From: Octopus sinensis
Lineage: Eukaryota
Assembly (NCBI RefSeq): GCF_006345805.1
Contig: NC_043003.1
Coordinates: 105,400,001 to 105,464,000, forward strand
DNA length: 64,000 nucleotides
Direction: 5' to 3'
A program made the position numbers and the translations under genes. Shown here in pieces: positions 59,325 through 64,000 of the stretch (within the stretch, counting starts at the first letter, position 1; each line of letters opens with the position of its first letter). Below the pieces are notes generated by a model, which saw only the letters and a program-made list of their open reading frames with translations, was not told where the DNA came from and ran no database searches.

Positions 59325-60514
59325 ACCATGCCCACCACAACAGAATCGAGATCCTAAAACGAAGGTGCCACATAAAAAGCGTTGGTGTGGATGCTGGTAC
59401 CATGTCAAAATCACCCAGTATACATTGTAAAGTGATTGAGATTAGGAAGGGCCTCCAGCCATAGAAACCACGCCAAACAGACTTTGGAACCTAGTATGTC
59501 CCCTGGCCATGCCAGTTCCTGTTGAGCTGCCCAAACCATGGCAGTATGGAAAACGGATGTTATATGTTGATGATGTTCTTAACCTAATCCTAATCTTCCA
59601 GCTTTTTTCCCTATAAATTCAAATTCTATTGAAATTATCGTTAATGTCCTGCTTATATTTTCAGATCCCTGACACAACATTTCAGACTTTACTCAAGTAC
59701 CTTGCTGGCATGAAAGGTCGTAGCCGAGAGGAAACTAAGAAGCAAGCACAGAGCTTGTTGGATGCCGTTACCAAAGACAAAAACGCACTTCATAAAAAAA
59801 TCAAGTTGTCTGGTAAGTTAAGGATTCCTGTATAATTTACAGATTTTTAATTAAAAATACTTTTCACCTGAAAGTTTTGTAGTCTGCTGGAGGTTGAGGA
59901 GTTTTCATGTTAAACCATTGAGAGATTCTACTAAATGTTGTGAATGTTTATAACGAGTCATCCAAGTCAAGTGAGTTCATCATCATCATCATCATCATTT
60001 AGCGTCCGTTCTCCATGCTAGCATGGGTTGGACAACATTTTGGCACACAGCCATTCAGGCACAATTTTCGTTGCGTCTTGCAACCTTTTCAATAGTCTTG
60101 ACTCTTGAGTTTATTAAAAAGGTTGCAAAATGCAACGAAAATTTTAGGAAAATAAAAATAAGAAAAAAAGTGGAAATTTTACCGGTGAATGTGTTACATT
60201 ATAAGGCACAAAAAGAAAATGACTCTCCCCAGATACAACAGAATACATTCACGTTGTTTTGAATTAATCATCCATTATCTTGTAGCTTTGGGATTTTGAT
60301 GATGTGAATGTTTAATTTTCGAATGACATTGTAGGGTTGGTGCAAAAGGCCAGATCTGACTGGTTAACTACTAAAGGATTAAATATATTTTATCAAATGA
60401 CTGAAACAGTGAATGTATTGTTTGCAATTTCTCTTTCTAATTTTCTTTTCTTTTGTAGGGGAACCCGGACTTATTCAACGAACCAGAGCTGAACAAGTCA
60501 TCCAAATACTGTAG
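33489..60514 (+). CDS. C7orf50: C7orf50/cholesin/Rbp95(YCR016W)-like WKF-domain (DUF2373) protein, about 464 aa over 19 coding exons, with an expanded Lys-rich repetitive N-terminus
   Basis: Spliced C-terminus ...AKQFLNVWYTNKTEWNFVKARQNWLVHHMYDPEK|IPDTTFQTLLKYLAGMKGRSREETKKQAQ...|GEPGLIQRTRAEQVIQIL* matches the family pattern W(K/R)FxKxRQxWL..HMYD..K(V/I)PD..F..LL.YL.G..GR.RE...R..QV(L/I)Q(L/I)L as I recall it. All junctions are GT-AG and in frame; exon lengths sum to 1395 nt. Confidence 0.9.
35412..35630 (+). mobile_element. tRNA-derived SINE family 2
   Basis: aaggcggtaagctggcagaaacgttagc...gagttcaaattccgccgaggtcgac... Confidence 0.85.
35851..35934 (+). CDS. C7orf50: coding exon 2 (DAEKKKKQQKKKPNGLKAEDGNTQNHVE)
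   Basis: ttttag|AT...GAAG|gtgtgt, 84 nt, phase 1-1, open. Confidence 0.75.
35977..36226 (+). mobile_element. tRNA-headed element with (AAT)n spacer and hammerhead-like motif; 12-bp TSD
   Basis: A-box-like tggcatagtacttaag, B-box-like aagttcaattcc, CTGATGA-A-GGCTG..CAGCT-GAAAC at 36143-36175, flanking AACATAATTGTT at 35965-35976 and 36227-36238. Confidence 0.75.
36419..36640 (+). mobile_element. MITE family 2 (ccctttagcattt...aatgctaaagg; piggyBac-like ends)
   Basis: Homologous to 41520-41660, 41919-42133 (ends in ttaa) and about 60265-60380 (minus strand). Confidence 0.65.
36864..36914 (+). CDS. C7orf50: coding exon 3 (GNVKAPKQKKSEENAAG), diverged C-like exon
   Basis: tttttctttgtag acceptor (same as C2/C4), donor G|gtaggt, 51 nt, phase 1-1. 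Confidence 0.7.
37199..37561. repeat. intronic palindrome, about 162-bp arms, 34-nt loop
   Basis: Arms 37199-37360 / 37395-37561. Confidence 0.92.
37801..37976. repeat. intronic palindrome, about 82-bp arms, 12-nt loop
   Basis: Loop 37883-37894. Confidence 0.9.
38027..38298. repeat. intronic palindrome, 74-bp outer stem plus 24-bp inner stem
   Basis: 38027-38100/38225-38298 and 38134-38157/38201-38224. Confidence 0.9.
38455..40060 (-). mobile_element. decayed DD37D-type mariner interrupted by a piggyBac derivative
   Basis: ERVAAGRPYVW..., NPMDYYVW; SHLKAMVEVEG is restored across the TTAA insertion site; homologous to 6075-6940. Confidence 0.8.
38620..39690 (+). mobile_element. piggyBac deletion derivative (1071 bp)
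   Basis: TTAA TSDs at 38616-38619 and 39691-39694; TIR CCCTTTCGTTAC; ORF 38889-39326 has the acidic N-terminus and GP...YFYLLF...TNRYA...PTTLNEIK, then frameshifted IMGIRKLPRI. Confidence 0.92.
41441..41476 (+). CDS. C7orf50: exon A1 (ELTKKKTQKQQK)
   Basis: tttcaatattattgtag|...AAAG|gtaaga, 36 nt, phase 1-1. Confidence 0.75.
41919..42133 (+). mobile_element. MITE family 2
   Basis: ccctttagtattt...aatgctaaaagg|ttaa. Confidence 0.7.
42364..42411 (+). CDS. C7orf50: exon B1 (EATTPTPKTGQTNALK)
   Basis: ttctttcag|...AAAG|gtaaac, 48 nt, phase 1-1. Confidence 0.8.
42546..42611 (+). CDS. C7orf50: exon C1 (ENGKNKKHNTSGGNVTDGSTGE)
   Basis: cctttatag|...GAAG|gtagaa, 66 nt, phase 1-1. Confidence 0.8.
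42803..43305 (+). mobile_element. SINE family 1 split by an inverted (GAT)n-tailed element (42938-43100)
   Basis: The insert sits in the internal tatatacat microsatellite. Confidence 0.8.
44052..44259 (+). mobile_element. piggyBac MITE family 1
   Basis: TTAA|CCCTTTTGTTAC...GTAACAAAAGGG|TTAA. Confidence 0.9.
44461..44506 (+). pseudogene. truncated duplicate of exon C1 (pseudoexon)
   Basis: Intact acceptor and the first 46 nt of C1, plus a copy of the upstream intron from about 44380. Homology stops before the donor; read-through reaches TAA. Confidence 0.7.
45189..45227 (+). CDS. C7orf50: exon A2 (EPVKKKTKHKQPK)
   Basis: tttcaatatcattgtag|...AAAG|gtaagg, 39 nt, phase 1-1. Confidence 0.8.
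45431..45700 (+). mobile_element. tRNA-derived SINE family 3
   Basis: tggcctagtggttag A-box and gggttcgaatctc B-box, followed by a non-tRNA body. Confidence 0.85.
46072..46289 (+). mobile_element. piggyBac MITE family 1
   Basis: CCCTTTCGTTAC...TAACGAAAGGG; degenerate TSD. Confidence 0.85.
46621..46854 (-). mobile_element. SINE family 2 with 9-bp TSD TAAAATATT
   Basis: TSD at 46612-46620 and 46855-46863; empty site at 51436-51444 in the paralogous unit. Confidence 0.9.
47060..47116 (+). CDS. C7orf50: exon B2 (EETTTTAKAGQNNTSSASK)
   Basis: ctgtttcag|...AAAG|gtaaac, 57 nt, phase 1-1. Confidence 0.8.
47234..47299 (+). CDS. C7orf50: exon C2 (ENGKKKKSNNSGETLQNGSAGE)
   Basis: tttttctttgtag|...GAAG|gtagaa, 66 nt, phase 1-1. 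Confidence 0.8.
48017..48055 (+). CDS. C7orf50: exon A3 (EPVKKKKKHKQQK)
   Basis: tttcaatatcattgtag|...AAAG|gtgaga, 39 nt, phase 1-1. Confidence 0.8.
48219..48690 (-). mobile_element. long (GAT)n-tailed element with internal tandem units of about 60 bp
   Basis: Homologous to 54300-54738 and 60775-61390. Confidence 0.75.
49086..49133 (+). CDS. C7orf50: exon B3 (EETTPTPKTGQNNALK)
   Basis: ttctttcag|...AAAG|gtaaac, 48 nt; 2 substitutions vs B1. Confidence 0.8.
49271..49330 (+). pseudogene. exon C3, donor-less copy of C1
   Basis: Nearly identical to C1, but 28 nt including GAAG|gtagaa (42606-42633 in unit 1) are absent; read-through hits TAA. Confidence 0.8.
49683..49737. repeat. (CA)n microsatellite
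   Basis: Direct reading. Confidence 0.95.
50975..51007 (+). CDS. C7orf50: exon A4 (EPANKKKKHQK)
   Basis: tttcaatatcattgtag|...AAAG|gtaggg, 33 nt, phase 1-1. Confidence 0.75.
51642..51698 (+). CDS. C7orf50: exon B4 (EETTTTAKAGQNNTSSASK)
   Basis: 57 nt; differs from B2 by one synonymous base (ACT/ACC). Confidence 0.8.
51816..51881 (+). CDS. C7orf50: exon C4 (ENGKKKKSNNSGETLQNGSAGE)
   Basis: 66 nt, identical to C2; donor GAAG|gtaaaa. Confidence 0.8.
51938..52082. mobile_element. 145-bp insertion with 13-bp TSD GATTTAGAATACA
   Basis: TSD at 51925-51937 and 52083-52095; empty site at about 47343 in unit 2. Confidence 0.85.
52769..52825 (+). CDS. C7orf50: exon ESAKKRKRKISEESVKSGD (NLS-like KKRKRK)
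   Basis: ttgtacag|AG...GATG|gtaggt, 57 nt, phase 1-1. Confidence 0.75.
53489..53688 (+). mobile_element. piggyBac MITE family 1
   Basis: CCCTTTCGTTAC...GTAACGAAAGGG. Confidence 0.85.
54300..54738 (+). mobile_element. long (GAT)n-tailed element
   Basis: Tandem units followed by the conserved 3' end. Confidence 0.75.
55301..55360 (+). CDS. C7orf50: exon DKNKTTKPKGAQSDNSPAAK
   Basis: gttctttcag|AC...AAAG|gtaatc, 60 nt, phase 1-1. Confidence 0.75.
55807..56362 (+). mobile_element. possible HINE/Helentron-like non-autonomous element
   Basis: aaacaaagg start and ...gagtgattataaccccctgc...ggggtg end resemble molluscan HINE-type termini; single copy here. Confidence 0.35.
57170..58690 (+). mobile_element. 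heavily decayed RTE-clade LINE (RT and C-terminal region)
   Basis: GTTDIVYLVRQLQQK...AFIGMEKVFDRV; KWLCLVCKNGIGINSVYCTYC...CSGITGRL; RRLHWYGH; includes a 38-bp tandem duplication near 57423. Confidence 0.8.
58907..59109 (+). CDS. C7orf50: WKF-domain exon 1 (EKKKKRSK...WNFVKARQNWLVHHMYDPEK)
   Basis: ctgttttag acceptor, AAG|gtcagt donor, 203 nt, phase 1-0. Confidence 0.92.
59665..59812 (+). CDS. C7orf50: WKF-domain exon 2 (IPDTTFQTLLKYLAGMKGRSREET...KIKLS)
   Basis: ttttcag acceptor, TCTG|gtaagt donor, 148 nt, phase 0-1. Confidence 0.92.
60459..60514 (+). CDS. C7orf50: terminal coding exon (GEPGLIQRTRAEQVIQIL*)
   Basis: Long polypyrimidine tract ending ttttgtag; TAG at 60512-60514. Confidence 0.88.
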
Positions 60515-60580
60515 CAGTCCTTACAGTCATAGGCATTGTCAAAACATTTGATATTTTTTTGTCATTTTTGTCTTTTGGCA

Positions 60581-60586
60581 ATTAAA
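60581..60586 (+). terminator. candidate polyadenylation signal ATTAAA (second copy at 60652-60657)
   Basis: ATTAAA about 67 nt after the stop codon; no transcript evidence. Confidence 0.4.
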
Positions 60587-60774
60587 AAGTATGTTTTAAA
60601 ATACCTATTCAATGCAAACGGTTTCTTTTGTTATCAATCATCAGAGTGTGAATTAAAGACACAAAAGCAGGCAGCTAGAATGGTCTTGTGCTTTACAGCC
60701 CACTAAATATCAGAAAACATTATTTTCAGCCATAAATACGAAACTATGTTTGCCAACATAACACGGCAGTCCTG

Positions 60775-61390
60775 GTTTAGGACGAATTTCCTTCTTTGGA
60801 CACTAAACTCTGCTTGCGAAGACCTGTTGAGGCAAGTGAAATCAAAATCAAATTCGATGACTGGCATCTGTGCCAGCGGGGTGCAAAGAGCACCATACGA
60901 GTGTGATCGTTTGACAAAGTGGCTAACTGGCTTCCATGCCAGTGGCACATAAAAGGCACCATTCAAGCATGATTGTTACCAGCGTCGCCTTACTGGTACT
61001 TGTGCCCGTGCTAGTAGGGTGCCAAGAGCACCATCCGAGCGTGATCGTTGCCAGAGCAGCTAACTGGATTCCGTGCCGGTGGCATGTAAAAGGGCACCAT
61101 TCGAACGTGATTGTTACCAACGTCGCCTTACTGGCACCTGTGCCGGTGGCATGTGTAAAAAGATTTGATCGAGGTCATTGCCAGTACCGCCTGAATGGCC
61201 CCCATGCCGGTGGCATGTTAAAAGCACCCACTACGCTCTCGGAGTGGTTGGTGTTAGGAAGGGCATCCAGCTGTAGAAACTCTGCCAGATCAAGATTGGA
61301 GCCTGGTGCAGCCATCTGGTTTGCCAGCCCTCAGTCAAAATAATCCAATCCATGCTAGCATGGAAAGCGGACGTTAAATGATGATGATGT
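60775..61390 (+). mobile_element. longest (GAT)n-tailed element, with alternating repeats of about 60 bp
   Basis: XYXY-type internal array at about 60860-61220, then the conserved end. Confidence 0.75.
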
Positions 61391-61851
61391 TGCTGTAATT
61401 TAGACCCAGGGGACATCGTCTGGGGCTAAATTACTGCAACATTCGTCCTAAACCAGGACTGCTATGTTATGTTGGCAAATAATCTTTACTCCAAAGTACT
61501 GAATATTTCTCTTTGAGAGATTTACAAATAGTAATTTTATGTGTTTTGTGTCTTACAGGGGTTTGGCGAAACGAAATTACGCCCCCTAAAGCGTACTTGG
61601 GGTTTCAATGGTTAAAGCAGTGGCTCTCAACCAGGTTTTACCTATGGATCCCCTTCGCTCTTATTTTATCAGATGCACCCACTTAACCATTCCATATTTA
61701 GAATAGCCTCTTATATTTTTATAATTAAATATTAGGAATTGCGTAAAATATTGCTAAAATATCTTGTGTATTGTTGATGCATAGGCAATTTACTGCAGAT
61801 AAATTTTAACCCCAAAATCTCCAATGGATCCCAGTTGCAAACTGGGTTTAA

Positions 61852-62066
61852 CCCTTTCGTTACCAACCCGGCTGAAACTGGCTCTGTTGTACAAATGTCT
61901 TGTTTTCATAAGGTTTTAATTAAAATCTTCCACCAAACCTTAGTCACAATTTATGTTCCTAACGCTAGCTGAATGATAACTAAGTTATTTTACTAAATTC
62001 TTTCTTATATTTAAAGTAATTGAAAGAAACACAGAGTATCTGAAGAGAAATACAGTAACGAAAGGG
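61852..62066 (+). mobile_element. piggyBac MITE family 1
   Basis: TTAA|CCCTTTCGTTAC...GTAACGAAAGGG. Confidence 0.85.
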
Positions 62067-62664
62067 TTGGTTGGAAAAAGTCTCCGTCTCATGTCTGTCC
62101 TCCGAAGGAAGATAATTCTGTTTTTATTTGGTATTTATCTCCTCTCTCTCTCTATGAAAGACCATGAAGTTCTTCCACCTGATGACGGGTTTTAATTTTA
62201 ATCCTGCAGTTGAATTGTGTGACTGCTGTGCATATGCTTCTAAATGTGTACGGCCTAGGGGTTAGGTTGTTGCACTCGTCATTCCAAGATCATGCTTTCA
62301 ATTCCCGGACCACGCAGTGTGTTGTGTTCTTGAATAAGACCCTTCATTCCACGTTACTCCAGTCCACTCAACTGTCAAAAACGAGTCACCTCGTAGCAGA
62401 TTGACGTCATGTTTAGGGGAAAGATTTTGGTCACTTATAAGTCATGGAAACCAAGAAAGGGGTCCTATGAACCCTAGGACTTAGTAATGTCTCAGGGACT
62501 ATTTTTTACTGAACATATAAGGACTACGGATGGCAGCCAAAGTTACTTTACAGCTGTTACACCACAGTCAATTCTGAGTTCAAACACAGCCAGACTCAAC
62601 TTTTCTCTTCATACTTCAGGAAGGAAATAACAATTAAGTACAAGACTTTATTCTTTGCAGTATT

Positions 62665-62880
62665 TCATCATCATCATCATCATCATTTAGCGTCCGCTTT
62701 CCATGCTAGCATGGGTTGGACAGTCCAACTGGGGTCTGGGAAGCCAGACGGCTGCACCAGGCCCAGTCTGATCTGGCAATGTTTCTACGGCTGGATGCCC
62801 TTCCTAACGCCAACCACTCCGTGAGTGTAGTGGGTGCTTTTTACGTGCCACCGGCACGGAGGCCAGTCGGGGCGGCGCTG
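62665..62880 (-). mobile_element. (GAT)n-tailed RTE-type 3'-end element
   Basis: Homologous to 8815-9012. Confidence 0.75.
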
Positions 62881-63143
62881 GCAGCTGCATATTTTAGTAC
62901 CTAGTTTTTGAACCCTGTTGAGATCAACCTTACTTTCTGGAATTGGTAAAATATGTCCCAGTCAAATAGAGAGGATAATTTACCCCCCCCCCCCTCAATT
63001 TGTGGCCGTGCATGCAAGTGTGTACAGTAATCCCTCGCCATTTGCAGTTTATTATTTAAGCTTATGTTGATTCTTCTGTCGTGTTTTGCATTTATAATAA
63101 AATAAATATATGCAAATTATAAAAATAATTTTAAAAAATATAC

Positions 63144-63545
63144 AGGTGCAGGAGTGTCTGTGTGGTAAGTAGCTTGCATACCAACCACATGGTTCCAGGT
63201 TCAGTCCCACTTCATGGCACCTTGGGCAAGTGTCTTCTGCTATAGTCTCGGGCCAACCAAAGCCTTGTGAGTGGATTTGGTAGAAGGAAACTGAAAGAAG
63301 CCCATTGTACATAAATATATGTGTGTCTGTGTTTGTCCCCCCCACCATCGCTTGACAACCAATGCTGGTGTGTTTACGTCCCTGTAACTTAGCAGTTCAG
63401 CAAAAGAGACCGATAGAATAAGTACTAGGCTTCCAAAGAATAAGTACTAGGCTTCCAAAGAATAAGTCCTGGGGTCGATTTGCTCAACTAAAGGCAGTGC
63501 TCCAGCATGGCCGCTGTCAATATGACTGAAACAAAAGAATAAAAT
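63144..63545 (+). mobile_element. SINE family 1 with an internal 22-bp tandem duplication
   Basis: gaataagtactaggcttccaaa occurs twice at about 63415-63460. Confidence 0.85.
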
Positions 63546-64000
63546 GTACCGTTTCTGTTTCGCAGATTTCCACCTATCATGGGGTGGTTTTGCAATGTGA
63601 CACCCGTGATAGTTGAGGGATTATTGTTATTGTAATTTTCAAGTTAGCAATTGAATGGTAAAATCAGAAGAGAAGATTCCACACAGTTTCTACAAATGCA
63701 TTTAAACATAAGAAAGGATATAGTTTACATTACGGTATTTAGTTTCATTCATATTTTAAAATTTAAATCCTGCTGGCATAAACTTTGGCATATTTCTCAT
63801 TGAGATTGATAAAATTGGTTCTAATTAATTTGGTGGTGTCAATTAAATCAATTATTTATCCAGCTGATAACAGTTTGTAGATGATTAATAAATCATCATG
63901 GAAGGTTTGCAGAAATGGTAATGCAGTAAGAATTCGGTTTTGTTCATTTACATTCTTGAGTTTAACTTCTCTTGGAGTCAATTTTATCTTTCATCTCTCC

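Noticed and set aside
62175-62225. Further CTGATGA hammerhead candidate
   Set aside because: No GAAA after the putative stem II

Overview
AT-rich, repeat-dense eukaryotic genomic DNA. The SINE, MITE and LINE repertoire matches what I recall of Octopus (coleoid cephalopod) genomes; this is an inference, not a search result. One protein-coding gene is well supported: a + strand C7orf50 (cholesin)/yeast Rbp95-like WKF-domain (DUF2373) gene, ATG 33489 to TAG 60514, with 19 usable coding exons giving about 464 aa. Its N-terminal half is built from 15 short symmetric phase-1 exons (33-84 nt). Eleven of them form four tandem copies of an A-B-C exon triplet, with alternating B/C variants (unit1=unit3, unit2=unit4). 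One further C copy lost its donor by a 28-bp microhomology deletion and another is a truncated pseudoexon. The rest of the window is mobile DNA: four tRNA-derived SINE families, many (GAT)n-tailed RTE-type 3' ends, decayed CRE, R4/Dong, HERO, RTE and Penelope-like retroelements, four mariner-type remnants, piggyBac derivatives and MITEs, two Helitrons, and many long palindromes. Three minimal hammerhead-ribozyme-like motifs occur, one inside a tRNA-headed element with a 12-bp target-site duplication. A small minus-strand spliced ORF (217-10538) is only a weak candidate. No CRISPR, rRNA or genuine tRNA gene was found. Repeat boundaries are approximate; exon boundaries were counted base by base.
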